Origin: an uncultured Bacillota bacterium
GTDB lineage: Bacteria; Bacillota_I; Bacilli_A; RFN20; CAG-826
Direction of reading: 5' to 3'
Assembly (NCBI GenBank): GCA_949293555.1
Contig: CASFDV010000003.1
Location: 7,614-71,613 of the forward strand
Length of the DNA: 64,000 bases
Made by a program: the position numbers and the translations under genes. How positions within the stretch are numbered: position 1 is the stretch's first letter; each line of letters starts with the position of its first letter. Below, piece after piece: positions 47,830 through 57,432 of the stretch. The notes beneath the pieces were generated by a model, which was not told the DNA's origin, made no database searches, and was given only the letters and a program-made list of their open reading frames with translations.

Positions 47830-48383
47830 GCGGCTTCTACGAGGAGAACGCGGAGTTCTACGTCCAGGGCACCTTCCATCTCGACATGGAGGGGACGAGG
47901 AGGAAGTTCCTTTCCTACGTCCCCGAGGGAGGGAGGATCCTCGACCTCGGGTTCGGGTCGGGAAGGGACATGCTCGCCTTTAGGGACGCTGGCTACCAGG
48001 TGGTGGGGATCGACCCCTGCCTTCCTTTCGTCCGGAGAGCAAGGTCCCTGGGGATGGAGGCGCTCGCCCTAAGGGCGGAGGACATGCCCTTCGTAAACGA
48101 GTTCGACGGAATCTGGGCCTCTGCCTCCCTCCTCCATTCGGAGGATCTCCCGAAGGCCCTGGGGAAGTGCCATAAGGCCCTTAGGGAAGGAGGGGTCCTC
48201 TACTGCTCCTTCAAGAAGGGAAGCTTCCGGGGGATGAGGGACGGGAGGTTCTACGCCGACATGGAGCCCTCCACCTTGGAGCAATCCCTGAAGATAGCGG
48301 GTTTCTTCCCTCTTTCGGTATGGACAAGCGAGGATTCCCTTAGGCCGGGCCTCTTCTGGACGAACGGGATGGCCCGTAAATAG
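47826..48383 (+). CDS. Class I SAM-dependent methyltransferase (TehB-like)
   Basis: ILDLGFGSGRD and FDGIWASASLLH. GTGA overlap with the HNH stop. Confidence 0.85.
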   Translation: MSGFYEENAEFYVQGTFHLDMEGTRRKFLSYVPEGGRILDLGFGSGRDMLAFRDAGYQVVGIDPCLPFVRRARSLGMEALALRAEDMPFVNEFDGIWASASLLHSEDLPKALGKCHKALREGGVLYCSFKKGSFRGMRDGRFYADMEPSTLEQSLKIAGFFPLSVWTSEDSLRPGLFWTNGMARK

Positions 48384-48505
48384 ACATTCGTTATACATTA
48401 AAAAAATTCCGATGAAATCGTCGTTTTTTGCACGTCATCTTGAAAAATCAAGGGGGGGGTATTCTTCCTTTGTTTTTTGGAGGTTTCGGGAGAGTGGGAG
48501 GCAAG

Positions 48506-50692
48506 ATGGCGGAGACGAATCTTCGAGACGTGCTCGGTCTTGGCCATGACTATTCGAATACGCCAGACACCCCTATCGCGGATTACGTTTTGAATCCGTG
48601 CCTCAGGGAGGCTAAGTCCTTCGACGCCCTATTCGGCTTTTTCTCAAGCGAGTCCTTGATTGCGATCTCTCCCGGGCTGGAGACCTTCTTTTTCCATGGA
48701 GGGAAGATCCGCCTAGCGATATGCGCTTTCGTCAAGAAAGAGGACGTAGCGGCTATCCAAGAAGCCTACGAGGACAAGGAAAGATTCCAGGCGTCTTTTT
48801 CCGAAGCCGAGAAGCGTCTGCTGAAGGAACTCAGGAAGGCCGCCGAAGAGAACCCTGACTCCGTTTCCTTGCTCCGCGAGATGATTGCGGCGAATCGGTT
48901 GGAAATCATAGCCGTCGGACCCTATATGTCGTCGGGCCTGATGCACCAGAAGATCGGAGTATTCGAAGATTCGCATGGGAATTGCGTATCTTTCAGCGGA
49001 AGCTCGAATCTTACCGGAAGCGCGATCACGAGTATCAAAGGGGTGTGGAACTATGAGGACCTCAAGGTGTTCCGGTCCTGGGAAGTTGGAGAAGACAAGT
49101 ACTGCTTTTCCGATAGGAAGAAAGTCCAGGCCGCGTTTTCGGGTGAGGATCAATGGCTCGAACGAAGGGAGCTTAGTGCGATTGTCAGGGAATGCATTGA
49201 TTCCATCCCTGCCGTCTCGCTAAAGCGAAGCTCAGCAAGCGTTCCTTCGTCTGGGCAATCTTCAAGCGTTAAAGAGGATATAGGGGTTGGCTATCTATAC
49301 GACTATCAGAGAAGTGCCGTCGACAGGTGGTTTGAGATGGGTTGCCGTGGCTTCTTCATGATGGCGACTGGCACAGGGAAGACGAGGACGGCACTGGCCG
49401 CGGTCAAGGAATATTGGGAGAAGGGGAGGAACGCCATTGTTGTGGTCGCCGTCCCTCTTCTGGCCCTGGCCGACCAATGGGAAAGGGAGATTGAGCATTG
49501 GCTAGGCGTTCGGCCGATCATGTGCAATTCAAAGAACCCCCAGTGGCGAGAGGAGGTGCAAAGCGCCTTGTCCGGAAGGAGGTTCCGCAACAAGGACGCA
49601 AGGACGGTCCTCTTGGTCACGTACCACTCTAAGAAAAAACTTGAAGCCCAGCTTCGAAACTACCCTAGCGAGAAGTGCCTTCTTCTTGCCGATGAGGCTC
49701 ACCACATCGATCCCGATTGGCTTGAGCAGGCGAAATTCTTCGGCCCTTGCATAGGCTTGAGCGCCACCCCCGGGACGGGAATGCCCGGGGACGAGCTTGG
49801 TCCGCGGATCATCAGGGACTTCGGAGGACTCGCTATCTCCTTGTCGCTTGAGGAAGCTCTCGAGAAGGGCGTGCTTGTTCCATATGACTACTACCCGCTC
49901 TTCTGCCATCCCAACGACAAGGAAGAGGAGAAGTTCCGTCACTACACGCAGCTTATCGCCGCGGCCCTTCAGAGTTCCGATCCGAAGAAGAAGGAAGATT
50001 GCTCTAGGCTTATTCGCCTTCGTTCCCAGGTCGTTGCCAATTGCAGTGACAAGATTTCGCGCCTTGGCGAGTTTATTCAATCTGTAGCGAAAGAAGATCT
50101 CGACCATCTGCTTGTCTATTGCGGAGCGGGGGACATCTATGGCGGAAACATTGCCGAGGAAGAACGCTTCATCTCCTTCGTTCATAAGAAGCTGAAGGAA
50201 ACGTTGCCATGGCTGATCGTCTCCCCGTTCACCAGCCGCGAGGATAAGGTCGAGCGGACTTTGATTTTGAGAGGATTTCAGGAAGGGACGATCAACGCCA
50301 TAACTGCGATTCGCTGCCTAGACGAGGGAATCGACCTTCCCTCTATCCGTGCCGCCCTTATTCTCGCAAGCGGTTCGACTCTTCGGGAGTTCATCCAGCG
50401 GAGGGGCCGAATCCTTCGTCTTTCGAAAGAGACGGGCAAGGATCATGCCTCAATCTATGACGTGGTTTGCCTCCCCCAAGGTGCGGACTGTCAGGCCCTG
50501 GCCCGTTACGAGCTTAGGCGTTTCTATGAGTTCGCTAGGAGCGCTAGAAATTGGGAGATGGGCCTTAAGGATCGTTTGGAACATTACTTGGTTCATTACG
50601 GTCTTGGGACTATTGAGGAAGCCTTCTTTGGCAAGGAGGACGATTTCGTGATGGAGAAGATACAGATGGAAGGAGACGAAGCGGATGCCTAG
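48506..50692 (+). CDS. pbeA: PLD nuclease + SF2 DEAH helicase, PbeA-like (dnd-associated)
   Basis: MHQKIGVFED..SGSSNLT (PLD), MATGTGKT, ADEAHH, LDEGIDLP and QRRGRILR, upstream of dndCDE. Confidence 0.75.
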   Translation: MAETNLRDVLGLGHDYSNTPDTPIADYVLNPCLREAKSFDALFGFFSSESLIAISPGLETFFFHGGKIRLAICAFVKKEDVAAIQEAYEDKERFQASFSEAEKRLLKELRKAAEENPDSVSLLREMIAANRLEIIAVGPYMSSGLMHQKIGVFEDSHGNCVSFSGSSNLTGSAITSIKGVWNYEDLKVFRSWEVGEDKYCFSDRKKVQAAFSGEDQWLERRELSAIVRECIDSIPAVSLKRSSASVPSSGQSSSVKEDIGVGYLYDYQRSAVDRWFEMGCRGFFMMATGTGKTRTALAAVKEYWEKGRNAIVVVAVPLLALADQWEREIEHWLGVRPIMCNSKNPQWREEVQSALSGRRFRNKDARTVLLVTYHSKKKLEAQLRNYPSEKCLLLADEAHHIDPDWLEQAKFFGPCIGLSATPGTGMPGDELGPRIIRDFGGLAISLSLEEALEKGVLVPYDYYPLFCHPNDKEEEKFRHYTQLIAAALQSSDPKKKEDCSRLIRLRSQVVANCSDKISRLGEFIQSVAKEDLDHLLVYCGAGDIYGGNIAEEERFISFVHKKLKETLPWLIVSPFTSREDKVERTLILRGFQEGTINAITAIRCLDEGIDLPSIRAALILASGSTLREFIQRRGRILRLSKETGKDHASIYDVVCLPQGADCQALARYELRRFYEFARSARNWEMGLKDRLEHYLVHYGLGTIEEAFFGKEDDFVMEKIQMEGDEADA

Positions 50693-50894
50693 GCGTGAGG
50701 ATAAAAACGAAGTCAGCCAGGCCGCTGCAGCCCAATTGCGCGAGGGCGCTTTGTCGGAGGCGAAAGATATTCTTGCCTCTCCGCAGGTCAACCTCAGCAT
50801 GAAGAAAGCAGCAGCCCAGAAGCTTTATCAGACGGCTCTCAAGCTTGCAGAAGTCGAGCTCGCAAAAGAGGAGGACTCTGTGGATGCTGATTGA
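50685..50894 (+). CDS. Small protein, PbeB-like by position
   Basis: 69 aa, overlapping both neighbours, between the helicase and the ATPase. Confidence 0.6.
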   Translation: MPRREDKNEVSQAAAAQLREGALSEAKDILASPQVNLSMKKAAAQKLYQTALKLAEVELAKEEDSVDAD

Positions 50895-52959
50895 GAAGGT
50901 CTGGGCGGAGAATTTTAGAAACTTCCGTAAGTTTGGAAGGCGCGACCGCCCAATTCGTTTTAATACTGACGGCAAAGTCAACTTGATTTACGGGAAATCC
51001 GGCTTTGGGAAAAGCACTATCCTTCAGCTTCTCCAATGGATTCTCTATGGAAGATGCGAGTTTTCTGAAGACGATCTGGTCAACAGCGGGGTTAGGAAGG
51101 ACGCCGATATTGGGTCCGATGTCACTCTGTACGGGTCTTTGACCATCTTGGTGGATGGGATTCGTTATTACATTCAACGTCGTTGGCTATTCTTGAAGCA
51201 GCCCGGTGGCGGTTTGCGCAGGAAGAAGAAAAAGGATAAGAACGACCAAGAACACCCTGAAGAGTATTTCACTATTGAGAAAGAGAACCCCGATGGGAGC
51301 GCCACGCCGATTCAAGGCGAGAAAGGGGATGAGGGGCGGGAGTTTATCGATCGAATCATGCCCCAGGGGCTTGCTGGCTACTTCTTCTTTGACGGCGAAC
51401 AGTTCATAGATCGGTTTGAAGACAGCAAAAACTCAAATGGGAAGAGACTGAAGGAAGCGATCGCGACCTTGTTTCAAACGGATGTTTATAACGTTGCGAA
51501 AGAACTTCTTTCAGGATCTGCGTGGTCGGTTTCGGGCATGTTGGATAAAGGGCTAAGCGAAGCGAGATATTCCGGCTTCAAAGGCCTGGAAGAGGCTCGC
51601 GAGGCTGAGGAGCAAGCAAAAAACTCTTTTCACAGGGCGGAACAGATGTGCGAATTGCGGAGGCAGGAAGCAAAATCCGAACAGAAAGAGATGCTTGTCC
51701 TTTCCGAAACGCTTAAGGACATCCCTAACCAGGAAGATTTGAAGAGGCGGATTAACGATTTAGAGAAGGAACAGGAGTCGTTGCGGAGGCAGTATGACGA
51801 CCTTCTTCTTAAGATTGCCGCTTCTGCTAGGTCCCATTTCATGTCCTTTGCCGTTGCCAAGAATGTCGTTGATGCCGTAAGGATGAAACCGGATGAGATT
51901 GGCGACCAGGAAGTGCCGGCCTCGTTGACCAAAGAACTTATTGAATGCCTAGAGGAAAAGGAAGAATGCATTTGCGGCCACCGTATTGGGAAACTGGAGA
52001 GAGAGCAGTTGGAACGATGGCTTACAGCGCTCCCTCCAGCATCCTATCGACCGACATACGATTCTTATCTCGAGCGGAAAGACTCAGCAGTGGAGCATGA
52101 ATTGGAGCGGGGATTCCGCGACTTGCACAGCCTCGTGGAGGAACTGGTCGCCAAAGAAGAACGAATTAGAGTCTTGGCCAACAAGCTCAAGGAGGCCTGG
52201 GAGCGGCAGCGGGCGGGTTTTGATGCCGATGCCGAAAGCAAATGGAAAAGGCTAAGGGCGCTTCAGGAGAAAGTTAAAAAGACCAACGATTCTATTGGTG
52301 AGTTATCTGCGGAGGCCGATCGAAAGAAACACATCTGGGAAGCGGCAAGGAAACGTTTTGATGAGGCCTTAAGGCAGGCGAACATCGCCCGAAAGGAGCG
52401 CTATGCCCTTTCGTTGTCCAACGAGGTCGCCGAGCTTTTTGAAGCACTCGCCAAGCAACGTACCTTAAATGTCCGAACGGATCTCCAGCAAGCGATCGAA
52501 GAGTACCTCAACAAAATCCTTGTAGGAGCCGTAAAGACCGCTGAGCTAAGCGAGGATTTCAAGCTTACGATCCGCGAGGGGGATATCACTTACAAGTCGA
52601 GAGGCCAGGCCGCAGTCGCCTGCTATAGCTATGTCCTTGGCATCCTCGCGGTTCTTAAGCGTTTCCGGGATCGCCATGAGGATGACATCCTTGACCTCTC
52701 CGACGAATACCCACTTGTCATCGACGCCCCTTTCAGCGAGACCGACAGGGAGCAGACCCTGCATGCCCTTTCCTATTTCCGTGAGATTCCTAAGCAGATT
52801 GTCCTTATGTCCAACCGCGACCTGAACGACATGGTCGAAGAAGTGGACGCGGGGACCATCTATGTCATTAAAGGCGTAGGGGTGGACGCCTTCATCGAGG
52901 AATGCTCTTACGAGGATGTGGATCGCTACTTTGCCGAGGGTGGCGAGAAGGAGGACTAG
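50884..52959 (+). CDS. pbeC: Rad50/SMC-like ABC ATPase, PbeC-like
   Basis: GKSGFGKST, YFFFDGE, coiled coil with CICG hook, SRGQ and LVIDAPFS. Confidence 0.7.
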   Translation: MLIEKVWAENFRNFRKFGRRDRPIRFNTDGKVNLIYGKSGFGKSTILQLLQWILYGRCEFSEDDLVNSGVRKDADIGSDVTLYGSLTILVDGIRYYIQRRWLFLKQPGGGLRRKKKKDKNDQEHPEEYFTIEKENPDGSATPIQGEKGDEGREFIDRIMPQGLAGYFFFDGEQFIDRFEDSKNSNGKRLKEAIATLFQTDVYNVAKELLSGSAWSVSGMLDKGLSEARYSGFKGLEEAREAEEQAKNSFHRAEQMCELRRQEAKSEQKEMLVLSETLKDIPNQEDLKRRINDLEKEQESLRRQYDDLLLKIAASARSHFMSFAVAKNVVDAVRMKPDEIGDQEVPASLTKELIECLEEKEECICGHRIGKLEREQLERWLTALPPASYRPTYDSYLERKDSAVEHELERGFRDLHSLVEELVAKEERIRVLANKLKEAWERQRAGFDADAESKWKRLRALQEKVKKTNDSIGELSAEADRKKHIWEAARKRFDEALRQANIARKERYALSLSNEVAELFEALAKQRTLNVRTDLQQAIEEYLNKILVGAVKTAELSEDFKLTIREGDITYKSRGQAAVACYSYVLGILAVLKRFRDRHEDDILDLSDEYPLVIDAPFSETDREQTLHALSYFREIPKQIVLMSNRDLNDMVEEVDAGTIYVIKGVGVDAFIEECSYEDVDRYFAEGGEKED

Positions 52960-53484
52960 ATGAACAACAGCCAGCCAATTTCAAGTTCCATCGTCCTTTA
53001 TGGCGCACCTTGGCATGAGGCCAGGGCAAAGTTTTGCCAAAACAAAGGGAACGGCATCCTCTTCGAGACTGCCGCCGAGCTGTTCATCTTTTGCTCGGCG
53101 ATAGGGGTGCGAATCGGCTCTCCGACCGAACAATTTCCACCGGATGAGGAAAACCCGCAAGGCGTCGAGGTTCCTTATACGGTCCTTGAGCGGCCAAAGA
53201 ACAAGGATTTTCTTAGCGACCTCTACGCGACTGTTTTGTTTAACCGGTGGATTGAACCAAAAAAGACAGACATTCAGCGTCTGGAGGTGATTTTCGAGAA
53301 GGGTGCTCCCTCTGACCGCCACAAGATCCTTGAGCCCTATGCGCGGACAGGGGTCCTCCACCTTCTCGAATACACGAAGGACTTTGTGAAGGAATGGCCC
53401 CTCATTGAACGAGTGTGGTCGGATCTTGCGGAACTCTACGAAGAACCGCGCATCCTTGGAGGGGAAGATTCTTCAGAGGAATGA
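52960..53484 (+). CDS. Dnd-associated protein, PbeD-like by position and size
   Basis: LFETAAELFIFCSAIG..EPYARTG. Abuts pbeC and overlaps dndC (ATGA). Confidence 0.55.
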   Translation: MNNSQPISSSIVLYGAPWHEARAKFCQNKGNGILFETAAELFIFCSAIGVRIGSPTEQFPPDEENPQGVEVPYTVLERPKNKDFLSDLYATVLFNRWIEPKKTDIQRLEVIFEKGAPSDRHKILEPYARTGVLHLLEYTKDFVKEWPLIERVWSDLAELYEEPRILGGEDSSEE

Positions 53485-54860
53485 CGATGACAGAGGATGG
53501 TCGCCTTTCCGTCTTTTCGTCCGTCCTCGAGGACATGGAGAGGGTGTACCTCCACGACCAGAGGCCCTGGATGATCGGCTATAGCGGGGGCAAGGACTCC
53601 TCTCTTTTGACGATGCTCGCCTTCGAGATGCTCCAGAAGATCCCGGAAGGCAAGCGTTGGAAACCGATATACGTGGTTTCCAGCGATACTCGCCTTGAGA
53701 ACCCGGTCGTCTCCCTCTACATGCATGCGTCCAACCGGAAGATCGGACGTTACGCCCATGAAAACAATCTCCCGGTCATCTCGGAAATCATCTATCCCAA
53801 GGACGAAGAGACGTTCTGGACCCTCGTGATCGGGAAAGGCTATCCGACCCCGGAGCCTCCGGGGTTCCGCTGGTGCACCGAGCGTTTGAAAATCAATCCG
53901 ATGAACCGTTTCGTCGACGGGATCATCCAGGAGCATGGCGAAGTCGTCATCCTCCTGGGAGTCCGCAAGGGCGAGTCCGGGACGAGGAAGAGGAGCATCG
54001 AGTCCCGCGAGATCGAGGGGCGGCTTCTCCAGCATCACGAGACTCTCCCCAAGGCGTGGGTATTCAATCCTCTCACGGAGGTCCCTAACGACCTTGTCTG
54101 GCCCTATCTCCTGAAAGGGGATGGAATCGCCCCTTGGGGGACCGACCTTAAGAAGCTTTACGCGATGTATCGCGGGGCCGACCTTTCCGAGGAGCAGTCC
54201 GTGATCGGGCAGGTCGACATCTCGAACATGCCGGTCACGGGGAACAGCCGCTTCGGGTGCTGGTGCTGCACCATCGTGAAGGAGGACAAGTCCCTCGCGA
54301 ACTTCATCGCGAAGGGCGCGAACGAACTCGCTCCTCTGAGGGATTTCCGGAACTGGCTCGTCTCGATCCGGCAGGACCCCGCCTACCGGGAGAAGCATCG
54401 GGCGAACGGGAAGGTCTACAGGAAATCGGACGGGGAAGTCGGGCTTGGCCCTTTCACCCTGGACGCGAGGGAGGAGATCCTGCGGAGGCTTCTCGCCCTT
54501 CAAAAGAGGACCGGCTTCTCGCTCATATCGGAAGGAGAGCTCCGCCTCATCGATCGCGCCTGGGAGGACGAGGGGGATTTGTCGCGCCGGCGCCTTGTGG
54601 ACGCCTACCGTGACGTCATGGGGAAGAAGCTTCCATGGGACGAGGAGAAGCGCGCCCTGATGGACGAGGATTTCCTCAGGGAGCTTGAGGATTTGTGCGA
54701 TAGGAACGGCCTTCCGTTCGAGGCCATCGGGAAGGTCCTCATGGCGGTCGAGAAGGGGAGGGTCGGGAAGACCAGGGATGCCCTCCGCAAGTCTGCGAAG
54801 AGAATTCTTTCCCAAGAGTATCTCCATCAGGACGCGCTGAGGGAGGGGGAGGAAGCATGA
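53481..54860 (+). CDS. dndC: DNA phosphorothioation sulfurtransferase DndC
   Basis: PWMIGYSGGKDS, GKGYP..FRWCTERLKINP, GVRKGES and NSRFGCWCCTIVKED. Confidence 0.92.
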   Translation: MTMTEDGRLSVFSSVLEDMERVYLHDQRPWMIGYSGGKDSSLLTMLAFEMLQKIPEGKRWKPIYVVSSDTRLENPVVSLYMHASNRKIGRYAHENNLPVISEIIYPKDEETFWTLVIGKGYPTPEPPGFRWCTERLKINPMNRFVDGIIQEHGEVVILLGVRKGESGTRKRSIESREIEGRLLQHHETLPKAWVFNPLTEVPNDLVWPYLLKGDGIAPWGTDLKKLYAMYRGADLSEEQSVIGQVDISNMPVTGNSRFGCWCCTIVKEDKSLANFIAKGANELAPLRDFRNWLVSIRQDPAYREKHRANGKVYRKSDGEVGLGPFTLDAREEILRRLLALQKRTGFSLISEGELRLIDRAWEDEGDLSRRRLVDAYRDVMGKKLPWDEEKRALMDEDFLRELEDLCDRNGLPFEAIGKVLMAVEKGRVGKTRDALRKSAKRILSQEYLHQDALREGEEA

Positions 54861-56953
54861 AGATTCTCGCCGCGGAAATCGAAAACTTCGGCCCCTACGT
54901 CGGGCGCACCCGCTTCGACCTTTCTCCCGAAGGGACCATCCGCAGGATTGTGCTTATGGGAGGGAAGAACGGAGCGGGCAAGACGACTTTCTTCGAGTCG
55001 CTCCGGCTTGCGCTTTACGGTCCGAAGGCGTTCGGCCTTGCCGTCAGGAACGCCAAGTACGGTAAGAAAGTCGCCTCCCTCGTCAACAAGCGCGTGCTCC
55101 GGGAAGGGAAGGCGCGGGCCTCGGTCGCCGTTTCCCTTCGCCTTGAGGACGGGAACCATGAGAACGGATCCTATCGGCTCGATCGTTCCTGGGAAATCGA
55201 GGGCAAGGACGTCAGGGAAACCCTCAAGGTGTCCTTCAAGCCGGATAACGGGGACGAGAGGCTCCTTGGCAGGGAAGAGGAACAGGACTTCGAGATGACG
55301 CTTGAGTCCCTCTTGCCCTTGTCGCTTTTCCCGTTCTATTTCTTCGACGGGGAGAAACTCACGGACTTCTTTCTGGACGGCAAGGGCTTCCGCGAGACCT
55401 TGATCGCGATGACCGGGCTGGAGAGCCTCGACATGCTCGTCTCGATCCTTGGCGACCTCGCGAAGAAGGAGGGGAGGGCGAAGGACGCCGGGAGGCGGTT
55501 CGAAAAGGCGGAGAAAACCTATCTTTCCCTTAAGTCGAAATGGGATGCCCTCCGCGAGGAACGGGATGCCCTGAAAGAGGAAATCGAGAAAAAGGAAGAG
55601 GATTTCCAGGAATTTCAGAAGGAATTCCTTAGAAAAGGAGGCCTTTCCGTGAAGGCAAGGCGCGCCCTTGAGAAAGAAATAGAGCATGAGACGGAAGAAA
55701 GGGAGAGGAAGCGCGTGGAGCTCAAGGCCTTTGCGAACACGCATCTCCCTCTCCTCATCATGGAACGACAGGTGCGGAAGGCGCTTGAGGGGGCCGATTC
55801 CTCCCGTTCCGCCTTCCTTGTCCGGGAGATCAAGAAGGCCGCGGAGGAGCGAGGGGTCCTCCCTCTTATTTCCGAGCAGCTCGGTCCCGAAGGACTCGAC
55901 GGGCTCCTTAGGTCCATCTTCGGGGAGGAGGCGCTCAAGGGGGAAGGCGCAGGCTTCTACCGCCCCTCGCCGGAAGAACTTTCTCGCATTCATGAGCAAT
56001 TGGCGGAGGCTAGGTCCGCCGACCTTGGCTATTTCAAGGCGATCGAGGAAGACATCTATGGCTCCATGTCGATGCAGCGGGGGATACGGGAAAGGCTCAA
56101 AGGAGTTTCCGAGGAAGGAGAGAGGGCGCTTGAGAAAGAGCGGAAGGAACTGGAGAAGTTCCGCTTCTCTGTCCTGAGGAAGATCAGGGAGAAAGAAGAT
56201 TCCCTGGAGGCGCTCCTTCCCGATTTCCTTAAGGCGGAGGCGGAATATCGCTCGGCTTCCAAGGAGAGGGACGACCGGCTGAGGGAAGAGTCCGCGCACA
56301 GCCTTGCCGCGAAGGCGCACCTTGTCCTCGCGGAGTTCGAACGCCATCTTTTCGCGAAGCAGGTGGATCGGCTGAAGGACTCCTTCCTCTCCATCTTCTC
56401 TTCGATCATCAACAAGGACGGCCTTGTCGACGGGCTTGAAGTCGATTCCATGCTCCGCGTCTACCCCGTTCTTTCCGAACAGGTATCCCTGGGGGAGATG
56501 GCGCGCCTCCGCGAGGAGCTGGGAGAAGCCGAGTTCGAAGAACGATACGGGGAGGCTGCCCTTTCCATGACCTATCTTGAGATGGATGAAGAACAGGTCC
56601 GGATGCCACTCAAGGTAAGCGGGATGTCCGCCGGGGAGAGGCAGGTGTATCTATTCGCTCTCTACGGGGCCCTTGCCACGATCGCCGACCACCGGATGCC
56701 CTTCCTCATCGATTTCCCGTTCGGCCGGGTCGATACCGTCCACCGCATGGGCATGGTGGACCATTTCTTCCTTTCCCTTCCCGGGCAGGTCGTCATCCTT
56801 TCGACGGACGAGGAGGTGCAAGGGGCGCTTCTGGAGGAGATGGACCCCTTCATCGCGAGGTCCTACACGATCGAGAGCAAGGGGGACGGGACTAGCCGCG
56901 TTCTCGAAGGCGTCTACTTCGGGAAGGAGGTTCCTTATGGGAAACAGGCTTAG
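54857..56953 (+). CDS. dndD: DNA sulfur modification ATPase DndD
   Basis: GGKNGAGKTT..LALYG, YFFDGE, MSAGERQ, IDFPFGRVD..HR and QVVILSTDEE. Confidence 0.9.
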   Translation: MKILAAEIENFGPYVGRTRFDLSPEGTIRRIVLMGGKNGAGKTTFFESLRLALYGPKAFGLAVRNAKYGKKVASLVNKRVLREGKARASVAVSLRLEDGNHENGSYRLDRSWEIEGKDVRETLKVSFKPDNGDERLLGREEEQDFEMTLESLLPLSLFPFYFFDGEKLTDFFLDGKGFRETLIAMTGLESLDMLVSILGDLAKKEGRAKDAGRRFEKAEKTYLSLKSKWDALREERDALKEEIEKKEEDFQEFQKEFLRKGGLSVKARRALEKEIEHETEERERKRVELKAFANTHLPLLIMERQVRKALEGADSSRSAFLVREIKKAAEERGVLPLISEQLGPEGLDGLLRSIFGEEALKGEGAGFYRPSPEELSRIHEQLAEARSADLGYFKAIEEDIYGSMSMQRGIRERLKGVSEEGERALEKERKELEKFRFSVLRKIREKEDSLEALLPDFLKAEAEYRSASKERDDRLREESAHSLAAKAHLVLAEFERHLFAKQVDRLKDSFLSIFSSIINKDGLVDGLEVDSMLRVYPVLSEQVSLGEMARLREELGEAEFEERYGEAALSMTYLEMDEEQVRMPLKVSGMSAGERQVYLFALYGALATIADHRMPFLIDFPFGRVDTVHRMGMVDHFFLSLPGQVVILSTDEEVQGALLEEMDPFIARSYTIESKGDGTSRVLEGVYFGKEVPYGKQA

Positions 56954-57314
56954 GACGTCCCTTCATACGAAGAAGGTGTTCGACGAGGTGAGGAACATCA
57001 GCCGCCTCCAGCCGTTCGCTCTTTCGAAGATCGCCCTCGCCTTGTCCATTCGCATGGAAACCCCCTTGTCGGAGGAAGACTTCAAGACAGATAACGAGGG
57101 GCTTGAGCTGGCAAGGGAAACCGTATGCGGACCGTATGATTCCCTCTTTTCCATGGTCGTGTGCGAGGACGCTGGGAAGGCGATCGCGGACTCGGAAATC
57201 TTCTCCACCTATTTCAAGGCCCATATCGACCGGGGCGCGAAGGAACTGGAGAAGGAGTTCCGTTACGACAAGAGGCTTTTCCGTCGCCTCATCGGCCTGA
57301 AGGATTCGATCTAG
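56937..57314 (+). CDS. dndE: DndE family protein
   Basis: 125 aa after dndD. RLRTS..ALSKIALALS..FKAHIDRG. SD AAGGAGG. Confidence 0.85.
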   Translation: MGNRLRTSLHTKKVFDEVRNISRLQPFALSKIALALSIRMETPLSEEDFKTDNEGLELARETVCGPYDSLFSMVVCEDAGKAIADSEIFSTYFKAHIDRGAKELEKEFRYDKRLFRRLIGLKDSI

Positions 57315-57381
57315 CACTGCTTTGATATCGCCTTTTCAATACAAGGCAAATCAACGTATCTACGGTTTTTTATAACTAAAC

Positions 57382-57420
57382 TCCAGAAAATCCGGAATGC
57401 AATTCCAGAAAATCCGGAAT
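57382..57420. repeat. Two exact 17-bp direct repeats with 22-bp period
   Basis: TCCAGAAAATCCGGAAT at 57382 and 57404. Confidence 0.85.
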
Positions 57421-57432
57421 TCAGTCCTTTTC

